Shown one piece after another: positions 22,000 through 31,492 of a stretch of 64,000 nt of DNA. Below the pieces are notes generated by a model. That model searched no databases. It was not told where the DNA came from and saw only the letters and a program-made list of their open reading frames with translations. Source of the stretch: Terriglobia bacterium (lineage in GTDB: Bacteria > Acidobacteriota > Terriglobia > Bryobacterales > UBA6623); NCBI GenBank assembly GCA_963824095.1, contig CAWGNS010000008.1, positions 755,627 to 819,626 on the forward strand, in the 5' to 3' direction. Every line of letters begins with the position of its first letter. The stretch's first letter is position 1. Made by a program: the position numbers and the translations under genes.

Positions 22000-22941
22000 A
22001 TGTTCAGCTTCAGAATGAATTGCAGGCCTGTTTGGCTATATCTTGTTGCCGGCGCGATCCTGACCCCGGCAGCGGTGGCGGCGGCAAAACTCCAGCCCGA
22101 AACCGTGCAAGCGTTTGAGCGGCAGGTGGCCGCGGTCGACCGGCTGCGCGAGGCCCAGGTCGACGGGCAGGCCCCGTTTTTGTGGAGCACTGCCTCGGCC
22201 GATCGCCGCCGCAGCCTGCTCGACGGCGACCTTGTCATCCATCCGCTTCAAGGTAAAGGAGATATTGGGGTCGACAAAGGAATCGTCCACCATTGGATCG
22301 GGGGCGTTTTTGTGCCCGGCCGCGACGCCGCCGGGGCGGTCGCTCTATTGCGCGACTTCGACAAGTACAACCGCCTCTACCCGTCCTCGATCGAGGATTC
22401 CAAGACTTTGGGGCGTAACGGCAACCATTACCGGGCCTATCTACGGCTCAGGCAGCACCGCATCGTGACCGTCGTGCTCAATACCGAATACCAGGTCGAG
22501 TTTGCGCGCGTCGACGCCCGCCGCTGGTGCAGCCGCTCGGCGAGCACCCGTATCGCGCAAGTCGCCGATCCGGGCAGTCCCCAAGAGCAGGAGCTGCCGG
22601 TGGGCGACGACAGCGGGTTCTTGTGGCGCATCGTCACCTTCTGGCGCTTTGAGGAAGCCGACGGCGGCGTTTATCTGGAGTGCGAGGTGCTGGGCCTAAC
22701 GCGCGGCGTGCCCTACGGGCTGGGCTGGCTGGTCCGGCCGATCATTCGCAGCTTCCCGCGCGAATCGCTCGCCGAAACCCTGCTGGATACGCGCAACGCC
22801 CTGCTCGCCAGGGCCGGGGACAACCACGCCGGCGATCCCCAGCAAAGCCGTCAGGAAGCGCCGCCTCTCGCCCTTTTGCGACTGGCGCGGCAACGCGGAA
22901 CCCACCCGGGTGCGGCCGCCGCCGAAGCGGCTCTGCCATGA
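22000..22941 (+). CDS. Secreted hypothetical protein (acidobacterial family)
   Basis: Signal peptide; HHWIGGVFVPG, VVLNTEY, GFLWR..WRFEE.DGGVYLECE. Start is approximate; stop overlaps the next start (ATGA). Confidence 0.75.
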   Translation: MFSFRMNCRPVWLYLVAGAILTPAAVAAAKLQPETVQAFERQVAAVDRLREAQVDGQAPFLWSTASADRRRSLLDGDLVIHPLQGKGDIGVDKGIVHHWIGGVFVPGRDAAGAVALLRDFDKYNRLYPSSIEDSKTLGRNGNHYRAYLRLRQHRIVTVVLNTEYQVEFARVDARRWCSRSASTRIAQVADPGSPQEQELPVGDDSGFLWRIVTFWRFEEADGGVYLECEVLGLTRGVPYGLGWLVRPIIRSFPRESLAETLLDTRNALLARAGDNHAGDPQQSRQEAPPLALLRLARQRGTHPGAAAAEAALP

Positions 22942-23576
22942 GTTTGCCCAAGAACGCAATGGCCGCCTTGTTCGCCGCCCTGGGTCCCTGGGCGCCTTTC
23001 TGGATCGCCCTGGCCGACTCGAGCTTCGTCCCGCTGGCTCAAGCCGTGGACGTCATGGTCGTGGCGCAGGCTATTTTGGCCCCTCACCAGGCCTACGAGA
23101 CCGCCGCGATGGCTGTGGCAGGCTCTACCTTGGGCTGCTTTGCCGCTTATCTGGCTGCCCGGCGGGCCGGTCCGCGGCTGCTCGGGCGCTATCTGGCCCC
23201 GGCGCGGCAGCAAGCACTGCAGGAATCGTTCCGGCGCCACGGCCCCTGGCATCTGCTGGTTCAGGCGATGGTTCCCTTGCCGCTGCCGCTGCGGGTTTCG
23301 CTGCTCGGCGCCGGAATCTTTCGGATGCACCCGCTGCGGTTCCTCGCCGCGATTCTGTTCGCCCGCGGGGTCCGCTATTTCGGGCTCACGCTGGCTACCC
23401 TGACCTTCGGCGAGCGTGCCATCCTATTCTGGAGAGACCGCGCCGGTGCCCTGGTAGGCCTGATCCTGGCGGCGGGAGCGCTCTGGCTGATCTGGCAGAC
23501 ATTGCCTCCCGTTCGCGACTGGGTGCGCAAGACGTGTGGCTGGCTGACCGCCCGCCGCAGTGAAACCCCGGTCTAG
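22938..23576 (+). CDS. DedA/VTT (YqaA-like) membrane protein
   Basis: ADSSFVPL, AVAGSTLG, PLPLPL, FARGVRYFG; ATGA coupling to the upstream gene. Confidence 0.8.
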   Translation: MSLPKNAMAALFAALGPWAPFWIALADSSFVPLAQAVDVMVVAQAILAPHQAYETAAMAVAGSTLGCFAAYLAARRAGPRLLGRYLAPARQQALQESFRRHGPWHLLVQAMVPLPLPLRVSLLGAGIFRMHPLRFLAAILFARGVRYFGLTLATLTFGERAILFWRDRAGALVGLILAAGALWLIWQTLPPVRDWVRKTCGWLTARRSETPV

Positions 23577-23672
23577 AGCGCGCAGTTCCGATCGGAACCG
23601 CGAAACGCCGACCTGAGTTCCGGCCCAAACCCGGAAACACCAGGCCTGGACCGTCCGCGATCTCCAAACGCG

Positions 23673-24719
23673 ATGAGCAAGCCGCAGAAAACGTGGCCCA
23701 AACGCCTGCGCGCCGGGTACCGGCGCGTCCAGCGGGCGCTGCGTGAATTCCGCGCGGTTGCCGACAGCCTCGCTTCGCCCGACCACCCCATCCTCGTGCA
23801 TATGATTCCGGTGCGCCGTTGTAATCTGGCCTGCACCTACTGCAACGAGTTCGACGATGTTTCGCAGCCGGTCCCTCTCGCCGAGCTTTGCCGCCGTGTC
23901 GATCACTTGGCCGAGCTGGGCACGAGCATTCTGACGCTGAGCGGCGGCGAGCCCACCCTGCATCCCGAGCTGGACGATCTGATTACCCATATTCGGCGCC
24001 GGGGCATGATCGCCGGCCTGATCACCAATGGATACCTGCTCACGCCCGAGCGCATCGAGCGGCTGAACCGCGCCGGGCTCGATCACCTGCAGATCAGCAT
24101 CGACAACGTGCAGCCCGACGAGATTTCGAAGAAAAGCCTGAAGGTGCTCGACAAGAAACTGCAGTGGCTCGCCGAGCACGCCGAATTTCACGTCAACATC
24201 AACTCGGTGCTCGGGTCGGGAACCATCAACCCCGAGGACGCCTCGGTGATCGCCCACCGCGCGGTCGAGCTGGGGCTGGCCAGCACCGTCGGCATCATCC
24301 ACGACGGCTACGGCCAGTTGCGTCCCCTGAGCGAACCCGAGCGCCGCATCTACGACGAGGTCCGCCATCTCGGCAAGAGCTCTTTCGGGCGCATCAACCA
24401 ATACAACCCGTTTCAAGAAAAGCTGGCGGCCGGCAAGCCCAACAACTGGTGGCGCTGCCGCGCCGGCGCCCGCTATCTCTATATCTGCGAGGACGGACTG
24501 GTGCACTACTGCTCGCAGCAGCGCGGCTACCCCGGCATCCCGCTCCAAAACTACAGCCGAGACGACATCCGCCGCGAATATTTCACCGAAAAAAGCTGCG
24601 CCCCCTACTGCACCATCTCCTGCGTGCACCAGGTCTCGATCGTCGACCGCTGGCGCGACCCGCAGACGATCAAGTTCCAGCCGCCGGTCGAAGAAGCCGC
24701 CACCGAGCCGCGCGTGTAG
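23673..24719 (+). CDS. Radical SAM protein with Cys-rich C-terminal (SPASM/Twitch-like) domain
   Basis: [21 protein letters not shown]; C-terminal [22 protein letters not shown]. Confidence 0.9.
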   Translation: MSKPQKTWPKRLRAGYRRVQRALREFRAVADSLASPDHPILVHMIPVRRCNLACTYCNEFDDVSQPVPLAELCRRVDHLAELGTSILTLSGGEPTLHPELDDLITHIRRRGMIAGLITNGYLLTPERIERLNRAGLDHLQISIDNVQPDEISKKSLKVLDKKLQWLAEHAEFHVNINSVLGSGTINPEDASVIAHRAVELGLASTVGIIHDGYGQLRPLSEPERRIYDEVRHLGKSSFGRINQYNPFQEKLAAGKPNNWWRCRAGARYLYICEDGLVHYCSQQRGYPGIPLQNYSRDDIRREYFTEKSCAPYCTISCVHQVSIVDRWRDPQTIKFQPPVEEAATEPRV

Positions 24720-24855
24720 GCCAAGGTTCGTGAGCGTTTCAAGCGCCATGCCATCGATGTGCTTACGGGCGAACTCGGGGGCGCCGTGCCTCGGCACAAA
24801 CGGATCGGAGGCTAGCCAGCATTTTCCTAGGTCCCAACGGGGCGATGCCATCTCC

Positions 24856-24924
24856 TAGCCCACCGCTTCAGCGGTGGGTTATGTCGACCGGAGGTCGACA
24901 CCGCCGGCCAGAGGCCCGCGCCAC
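24856..24924. repeat. Composite REP: family E palindrome plus family A copy
   Basis: AGCCCACCGCTTCAGCGGTGGGT directly followed by GTCGACCGGAGGTCGAC..GAGGCCCGCGCCAC. Confidence 0.75.
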
Positions 24925-25008
24925 ACCGCCGCCCAGCGTTGGCGCGTGACGCGGTGATGTCGTCTTCGGGGGCTTGCTTGCTACACTTTCAGGCGGTGCG
25001 CGGCGCGG

Positions 25009-25030
25009 GACAGGCGGGAGCGCCTGTTAC
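25009..25030 (-). repeat. REP-like family D copy
   Basis: GACAGGCGGGAGCGCCTGT hairpin, also at 49342-49361. Confidence 0.65.
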
Positions 25031-25063
25031 TGGGGGAGCTGCCGCTCTTTTTCGGGAGGACCC

Positions 25064-26377
25064 ATGATGTTGCGGTTCGTGGTTGCATTGCTGCTCGGAA
25101 CATTTAGTCTGGCGGCTCAGGTGGTGGTGCTCAACCACGCCACCGTCATCGACGGCACGGGGAACGCCCCGCAGCAGGACATCGCCATCGTCATGGCCAA
25201 CGGTAAGATCCGTGAAATGGGGCCGTCAACCGGGGTCGACATTCCCGAAGGCGCCCAGGTCGAGGACGTTTCGGGCAAGTACATCATCCCGGGCATTATG
25301 AACCTGCACGGCCACGTTGGCTTGACCAAAGGGCTCGTGCAGGACATGAAGAACTACACGCGTGAGAACGCCGAGCAGAACCTCAAAACCTACGCGATCT
25401 ACGGCGTCACAACGACCACCAGCATGGGGACGGACAACGATCTCATCCTGGAAATCCGCGACGAGCAACGACGCGGCATCGTCAACGGCGCGCGTGTTTT
25501 CACTGCGCTGCAGGGCTTCACCGCGCTGGGTGGATACCCGACCAAGGTGCCCGGCGTCAAAGGCGTCGCGCAGGAAGTCGCCAGCGCCGCGCAGGCCCGC
25601 GCCCGCGTCGATCAGCTCGCCGACAAGGGGGCCGACATCGCCAAGATGTGGGTCGACACGCACCACGGCGAATATCCCAAGATCGCCGAGCCCATCTGCA
25701 AGGCGATCATCGACGAAGCCCACAAGCGCAAGATGCTCGCCTTCGCGCATCTCTACGAACTGGCCGACGCCAAGAGCCTGGTCGACGACGGGCTCGACAT
25801 GATCGCCCACAGCGTCCGCGACAAGCCGGTGGACAAGGAGCTGATCGCGAAGATCAAGAAGCACAACGTCACCTACGTGCCGACGTTGGTGCGCGAGCTG
25901 TCCACTTACATCTACTCGGAATCGCCGGTCTGGCTCGACGACCCGTTTTTCACCAAGCGCGTGGACGCGGCGACGATTCAGGCCGTCAAGACGACGCTCA
26001 AAGAGACGCAGTCGAACCCGAAGACGATCGAGGAGGGCAAGCAGGATCTCAAAATGGCGATGCGCAACCTCAAGACGCTGGCCGACAGCGGCGTGCGTAT
26101 CGGCTTCGGCACCGACACCGGCCCGCCGGCGCGGTTTCCGGGCTATTTCGAGCACATGGAGATGGAGCTGATGGTGGAGGCCGGGCTCAAGCCGATGGAC
26201 GTCATCGTGGCGTTTTCGAAAACTGCCTCCGAGACGCTCCGCGTGCAGAACGAATTCGGGACGCTGGCGAAAGGCAAGGCCGCCGACCTGATCGTGCTCG
26301 ACAAGAACCCGCTCGACAACATCCGCAATTCGCGATCGATCGACGCGGTATACCTGGCGGGGAAAAAAGTCGAATAG
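25064..26377 (+). CDS. Secreted amidohydrolase family protein
   Basis: GGAGGA RBS, signal peptide, VIDGTG, IPGIMNLHGH, GVTT, GTDTG, GKAADLIVLDKNPL. Confidence 0.9.
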   Translation: MMLRFVVALLLGTFSLAAQVVVLNHATVIDGTGNAPQQDIAIVMANGKIREMGPSTGVDIPEGAQVEDVSGKYIIPGIMNLHGHVGLTKGLVQDMKNYTRENAEQNLKTYAIYGVTTTTSMGTDNDLILEIRDEQRRGIVNGARVFTALQGFTALGGYPTKVPGVKGVAQEVASAAQARARVDQLADKGADIAKMWVDTHHGEYPKIAEPICKAIIDEAHKRKMLAFAHLYELADAKSLVDDGLDMIAHSVRDKPVDKELIAKIKKHNVTYVPTLVRELSTYIYSESPVWLDDPFFTKRVDAATIQAVKTTLKETQSNPKTIEEGKQDLKMAMRNLKTLADSGVRIGFGTDTGPPARFPGYFEHMEMELMVEAGLKPMDVIVAFSKTASETLRVQNEFGTLAKGKAADLIVLDKNPLDNIRNSRSIDAVYLAGKKVE

Positions 26378-26387
26378 CGAAGCCGGT

Positions 26388-27236
26388 TCACACCTTCACG
26401 GCTTTGTTGACCAGCTTGCCGATCTCCGGTACTTCGATCGTCACGACGTCGCCGGGCTTCAGCGCCGACTTTTCGGTGACGATGATCCCGGTGCCCGTCA
26501 GCACCACTGTCGGCGAAGGAATCGGATTGCTGCGCAGCAGATACTTCACCAACTCTTCCACCTTGCGGCGCAGCTTGCTGGTGGAAACCGAGCCCTCGAA
26601 GGTCTTCTTCTTGCCGCGCGTGATCGTACACTTCATTTCGAGCTTGTAGAGGTTGGGGATCTCGTCGGGAGTAACGATCACCGGACCCAGCGAGCAGCAC
26701 GCCTTATAGACCTTCGATTGCGGCAGATAGAGCGCATTCTCTCGCTCGATATCCCAGGCCGAAACGTCGTTGGCGAGCGTATAGCCCAGCACCTTGCCCT
26801 TGCTGTTGATGACCACGGCCAACTCGGGCTCGGGCGCGGTGAACTTGGAGTCCGCGCGGATGCCAATGTCTTCCTCGGGACCCACGCAATGGCGGTCGGT
26901 GCCCTTGAAGAAAATCTCGGGGCGGTGCTTGGGATTGTGCACGTAGGCGTACATCCCCTCGCGCGTGCCCAATTCACCGTCGCGGAATTCGGCGCTGGGC
27001 GCGTAGGTGCAACCGCAGGCCCAAACCTCTTCGGGATTCACCGGAATGATCGCTTCGCCGTGGACGGCCTCCGAAGCCGCCATTTCGTCTGCCAGCGTCG
27101 CCAGGTCGCGGTCCTGCCGCTCCGCTTCGAGGATGAGCGAGGCAATGGTTTCGCCGCCGATCAGGCGATATCCGTCGTCGGCCGCGATCGCCGCGGTGAC
27201 ACCACCGGCGGCGTTGCGAATTTGTGCCAGTTTCAT
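26388..27236 (-). CDS. Fumarylacetoacetate hydrolase family, 2-keto-3-deoxy-pentonate dehydratase (KdaD/XylX-like)
   Basis: EVWACGCTY, RPEIFFKG, PEPELA, ANDVSAWDIERENALYLPQSKVY, LTGTGI. Confidence 0.85.
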   Translation of the reverse strand: MKLAQIRNAAGGVTAAIAADDGYRLIGGETIASLILEAERQDRDLATLADEMAASEAVHGEAIIPVNPEEVWACGCTYAPSAEFRDGELGTREGMYAYVHNPKHRPEIFFKGTDRHCVGPEEDIGIRADSKFTAPEPELAVVINSKGKVLGYTLANDVSAWDIERENALYLPQSKVYKACCSLGPVIVTPDEIPNLYKLEMKCTITRGKKKTFEGSVSTSKLRRKVEELVKYLLRSNPIPSPTVVLTGTGIIVTEKSALKPGDVVTIEVPEIGKLVNKAVKV

Positions 27237-27243
27237 CGAGACC

Positions 27244-28695
27244 TCAATACTTCAGATAGACCGTTTTCCAGTCGCTGTAAAAATCGAGCGCGGAAGGACC
27301 CTGCTCTTTGGGGCCGAAGCTCGACCCCTTGGTGCCGCCGAAGGGAAGCTGATATTCGACGCCCGCGCTGGGCAGGTTGACGGTGATCAGCCCGGCTTCG
27401 ATCTTCTGCACGTACTCGAAGATGCGCGAGACGTTGTTGGTCTGGATCGAGGCCGACAGCCCGAACTCGATGCCGTTGGCCATCTGCATGGCGTGGTCGA
27501 AGTCCTTGGCCTTCATCACGGCCAGCACCGGCCCGAACACTTCCTCCTGCGCGATGCGCATGTCTTCGGTGACGCCGGTGAAGACGGTGGGCTCGAAAAA
27601 GTAGCCCTTGGCGTAGTCGCCGTCTTTGAGAATCTTGCCGCCACACTCCAGCTTGGCGCCTTCTTTCTGGGCGATCTCGCAGTAGCGGGCGTTGGTTTCG
27701 AGCTGCGCCTTGTCGATGGCGGGGCCGATCTGCACGCCCGCCTCCAGGCCATTGCCGACTTTGAGGGCCTTGGTCTGCGCGACGACGCCCTTGACGAATT
27801 CGTCGTAGACCGCCTCTTCAACGATCACGCGGCTGGTGGCGGTGCATTTCTGGCCGGTGGAAAACATCGCGGCGTTGACCGTATTGGCGATGGCGGCCTG
27901 CAGGTCGGCGTCGGCGAGCACGATGGTGGGGTTCTTGCCGCCCATCTCGAGCTGGATGCGCAGCTTGCGCTTCGAAGCGCGCTCATGAAGCCAGCTACCG
28001 ACGTCGCACGAGCCGGTGAACGAAATCGCTTTCAGCGGTTTGGCGTTGACCAGCGCGTCGCCCAACTCGCCGCCCGAGCCGGCCACAAAGTTCACCACGC
28101 CCTTGGGAAGACCGGCTTCGTGGCATGCCTCGATGATGCGCCAGGCGCTCAGCGGCGCCGCCGAAGCGGGCTTGAGAACGACCGTGTTGCCGGCGATCAG
28201 CGCCGGGGCCAGCTTCCAGGCCGGAATCGCGCTGGGGAAATTCCAGGGCGTCACCAGGCCGACCACGCCGATCGGCTTGCGGATGGCGTACATGAACACG
28301 CGATCGCGCTCGGAGGGCACCAGCATACCCGGCATGCGCGCGCCTTCCCCCGCGAAATAGCGGAAGATGTTGATCGAGCGCATCGTCTCGCCGGTGGCCT
28401 CGGGCACCGTTTTGCCTTCCTCGCGGGTCATTTCGCGGGCCAGGTCGCCGAGGCGGCTTTCGAGGATGTCGGCGATCTTGAACAGGAACTTGGCGCGGGC
28501 CGGAGCGTTCGTCGCCGCCCAAGCCGGGAACGCCGCCGCGGCAGCATCGGCGGCCTGAGCGATGTCGGCTGCCGATCCCTTCGCGAAAACGCCGACGATA
28601 TCGTCGGTATCGGCGGGATTGCGGTTTTCGAACGTCTTAGCCGATTCGACCCATCCTCCGTTGATGTAATTCGGATACTGCTGCGGCTGACTCAT
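27244..28695 (-). CDS. Aldehyde dehydrogenase, likely 2,5-dioxopentanoate (KGSA) dehydrogenase
   Basis: TPWNFP, FTGS, LEMGGKNP, GQKCTATSR, EEVFGPV. Substrate is inferred from the neighbouring gene. Confidence 0.88.
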   Translation of the reverse strand: MSQPQQYPNYINGGWVESAKTFENRNPADTDDIVGVFAKGSAADIAQAADAAAAAFPAWAATNAPARAKFLFKIADILESRLGDLAREMTREEGKTVPEATGETMRSINIFRYFAGEGARMPGMLVPSERDRVFMYAIRKPIGVVGLVTPWNFPSAIPAWKLAPALIAGNTVVLKPASAAPLSAWRIIEACHEAGLPKGVVNFVAGSGGELGDALVNAKPLKAISFTGSCDVGSWLHERASKRKLRIQLEMGGKNPTIVLADADLQAAIANTVNAAMFSTGQKCTATSRVIVEEAVYDEFVKGVVAQTKALKVGNGLEAGVQIGPAIDKAQLETNARYCEIAQKEGAKLECGGKILKDGDYAKGYFFEPTVFTGVTEDMRIAQEEVFGPVLAVMKAKDFDHAMQMANGIEFGLSASIQTNNVSRIFEYVQKIEAGLITVNLPSAGVEYQLPFGGTKGSSFGPKEQGPSALDFYSDWKTVYLKY

Positions 28696-28748
28696 CATCT
28701 TCTCCTCGGGGTTTGGCAAGCTTTCCTTTGTACTACAATTGGTCGGCT

Positions 28749-29510
28749 ATGCCCAAGTTCCCATCTTCTCACGTCACGCTCGTTACAGGCGCCAGCACCG
28801 GCATCGGAGCCGCCACCGCGGCGGCCTTCGCGCAGGCAGGCTCGCAAGTGGCGGTGCACTACAACACGAGCGAAGCCGCTGCCCGCCAGGTGGTCGATGG
28901 CATCGCCGCCGCGGGCGGAAAAGCCTCGCTGTTCCAGGCCGATCTGTCGAAAGCCGAAGCATGCCGCCGGCTCGTCGGCGACGTGCTCGAAACCTGCGGC
29001 CGCATCGACGCGCTGGTCAACAACGCCGGCACTCTGATCGATCGCAAGATGCTGTTCGAAATCGACGACGAGTTCTGGCAGCGCGTGCTCGACGTCAACC
29101 TGAACAGCGCCTTCTGGACGACGCAGGCCGCCGCGCGGCACATGGCCGAGCGCGGCTCGGGCGCCATCATCAACGTCAGCTCGATCGCGGCACGCAACGG
29201 CGGCGGACCGGGCGCGACGCCCTACGCGGCGGCGAAAGCCGCCATGACCGCCATGACCAAAGGGCACGCCAAGGAGCTCATCGCCCGCGGCGTGCGCGTG
29301 AACGCCGTCAATCCGGGCGTGATCCTGACGCCGTTTCACGAGCGTTTCAGCCCGCCCGAGCGCATGAAGGCGATGGTGGCGATGATTCCGCAAGGCCGCG
29401 CGGGCAAGCCCGAGGAGATCGCGGGGACGATCGTGTTTCTGGCAAGCGAGGCCGCCTCGCACATTGTCGGCGAGTCGATCGAGATCAACGGCGGGATGTT
29501 GATGGAGTAG
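28749..29510 (+). CDS. Short-chain dehydrogenase/reductase
   Basis: TGASTGIG, NNAG, YAAAK, VNPG; divergent from the ALDH. Confidence 0.92.
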   Translation: MPKFPSSHVTLVTGASTGIGAATAAAFAQAGSQVAVHYNTSEAAARQVVDGIAAAGGKASLFQADLSKAEACRRLVGDVLETCGRIDALVNNAGTLIDRKMLFEIDDEFWQRVLDVNLNSAFWTTQAAARHMAERGSGAIINVSSIAARNGGGPGATPYAAAKAAMTAMTKGHAKELIARGVRVNAVNPGVILTPFHERFSPPERMKAMVAMIPQGRAGKPEEIAGTIVFLASEAASHIVGESIEINGGMLME

Positions 29511-29676
29511 GCTTGGCGCAGGGCTGGGGGCCTTTCGCGGAGGGGCGGAGCGCCGCATTGCAGGCGGTTGCAAATTCGCGGCGGAATTGCCCTGAAGTCG
29601 TCGCCGTTTGGGGCTCCGCCTGGGTTTTGGGCAGGCCGGAGCCCTGCCCCACTGGGCTAGAGACCCGCCGACTTTG

Positions 29677-31446
29677 TCAATCGCTGGTTCCGGGCAGGGG
29701 TTTTTCTTCGATGGTGAGCATCTTGTTGGGCTCGACCTGCTCCATGACCTGTTGTGCTCCGCTGGGCCAGGTGATTTCCACGCGGTCCACGATGGCGTCT
29801 TTGCCGAGGCCGAAAGTCAGCGGCAGCTCGCTTTGCGAAAGATAGCTCGAGCCGCTGTGAACGGTCCGCCACTGCTCACCCGAGGCGCTCTGGATGCGAG
29901 CCACGGCGCCGATGCCGGCACGGTTGGATTGCTTGCCGACCAGTTTCAGGCGCAGGTAGGAGTTGGCATTGCCGCCGTCGTTGCGGAACAGGTGGGCCGG
30001 GCCGTTATTGGTGGAGATCAGCAGATCGAGATCGCCGTCGCGGTCGTAATCGCCGTAGGCCGCGCCACGCGCCACCAATGGCTTGAACAGGTCGGAAGTT
30101 TCCCCGGAACCGGCCTCCGGCGCCGCCGCGGAGCCCACCCGCACGAACTTGCCGTTGCCGGCGTTGCGGAACAGTAGCGGCGGCTGGGCGTATTTTACGT
30201 TCGGCTGCACGTTGTTGATCTGTTCGTCGAGATGGCCGTTGGCGCCGAACACGTCGAGGCGGCTATCGAGGTCGTAATCGAAAAAGAACATCGCGAAGGT
30301 CAGCGAGAGCAGACTCTCGCGGCCGACGGCGCTGGCCGGCGCCTCGTCGACGAACAGCCCCGTCCCTTCGTTGTGATAGAGCGTGATCATCTCGTTCGAG
30401 AAGTTTCCGATGACCAGATGCGGCCGGCCCGAGTGGTCGTAGTCGGCGGCGTCGACGCCCATCGCGCCGCGCGCCCGGCCGTCTTCGGCGAAGGCCACGC
30501 CGGCCGAGACGCCCATATCCGCGAAGGTTCCGTCGCCTTTGTTGCGATAGAGCTTGTTGGGCTGGGTGTCGTTGGCCTGGAAGATATCGGGGAAGCCGTC
30601 GCCGTCGTAGTCAAACACGGCGATTCCGAGGGCCTTGCTGGTGGGGTCGTAAAGGCCCGCCTGGCGGGTCACGTCGACGAAATGGCCGTTGCCCGTGTTG
30701 CGGTAAAGCACCGACGAGGTGCCGTTGTAAGACTCGGGCGTGCAGTAGGATTTCGTCTCGCCGTCGAGCGAGCACCACAGGTCCTTTTCGGGGCTCCAAT
30801 CCACGTAGTTTTCGACGAACACGTCGAGCTTTCCGTCGCGGTCGTAATCGAGCCAGGCCACGCCGGTTCCAAACTTGGCATTGGTGATGCCCGACGGGCC
30901 GGTGACGTCGCGAAACGTGCCGTTGCCTTCGTTGTGGAACAGGCGGTCGCCGTCGAGCGCGGTGACGTAGAGGTCGAGGTAGCCGTCGTTGTCGTAGTCG
31001 CCGGCGGCGACGCCCATGCCGTACATCTCCACCGCCAGGCCCGAGGCGGCGGTGACGTCGGTAAAGGTTCCGTCGCGATTGTTGCGATAGAGCTTGGAGG
31101 TGACCTTCTCGCCGGCGGCGGGCGTCCAGGGCTTGCTATTGATGAGCAGGATATCGGGCCAGTCGTCGTTGTTATAGTCGAAAAAGGCGCAGCCGGAACC
31201 AAGCGTTTCGGGCAGCCATTTCTTTCCGGAACGTCCGTTGTTGTGTTCGAATTGAATGCCGACGGCGGCGGTGACGTCACGAAAAACGACGTCGGCCGCT
31301 GGCGCTTCCGGCGCCTTGGCCTGGCTTTCGCGGCTCGCCGATCCACCGCAGCCGGCCGCGCAAACCGCCGCGACAGCCCACAGCACCGCCGCGGGCAGGA
31401 GAAGAACTCCCGTCCGTTCCTTGTAACGCATCGCTCGAAGCCTCAC
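29677..31446 (-). CDS. CRTAC1 family protein (FG-GAP/VCBS repeats plus ASPIC/UnbV), probable lipoprotein
   Basis: AAGC lipobox-like motif; repeated DYDNDG/DYDRDG and LYRN.G.GTF.DV; GSSYLSQSE..FGLG, WPSG. Confidence 0.9.
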   Translation of the reverse strand: MRLRAMRYKERTGVLLLPAAVLWAVAAVCAAGCGGSASRESQAKAPEAPAADVVFRDVTAAVGIQFEHNNGRSGKKWLPETLGSGCAFFDYNNDDWPDILLINSKPWTPAAGEKVTSKLYRNNRDGTFTDVTAASGLAVEMYGMGVAAGDYDNDGYLDLYVTALDGDRLFHNEGNGTFRDVTGPSGITNAKFGTGVAWLDYDRDGKLDVFVENYVDWSPEKDLWCSLDGETKSYCTPESYNGTSSVLYRNTGNGHFVDVTRQAGLYDPTSKALGIAVFDYDGDGFPDIFQANDTQPNKLYRNKGDGTFADMGVSAGVAFAEDGRARGAMGVDAADYDHSGRPHLVIGNFSNEMITLYHNEGTGLFVDEAPASAVGRESLLSLTFAMFFFDYDLDSRLDVFGANGHLDEQINNVQPNVKYAQPPLLFRNAGNGKFVRVGSAAAPEAGSGETSDLFKPLVARGAAYGDYDRDGDLDLLISTNNGPAHLFRNDGGNANSYLRLKLVGKQSNRAGIGAVARIQSASGEQWRTVHSGSSYLSQSELPLTFGLGKDAIVDRVEITWPSGAQQVMEQVEPNKMLTIEEKPLPGTSD

Positions 31447-31492
31447 ATCAAAGACCCGACTCGCGGGTCAAAATTCAGAAGCAAATAGCAGA

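Noticed and set aside
27007-29037. Long antisense ORFs (also 6873..8270, 19688..21544, 42067..43932, 56251..59178, 59743..61404)
   Set aside because: They are shadow frames of well-supported genes in high-GC DNA and have no recognisable motifs.
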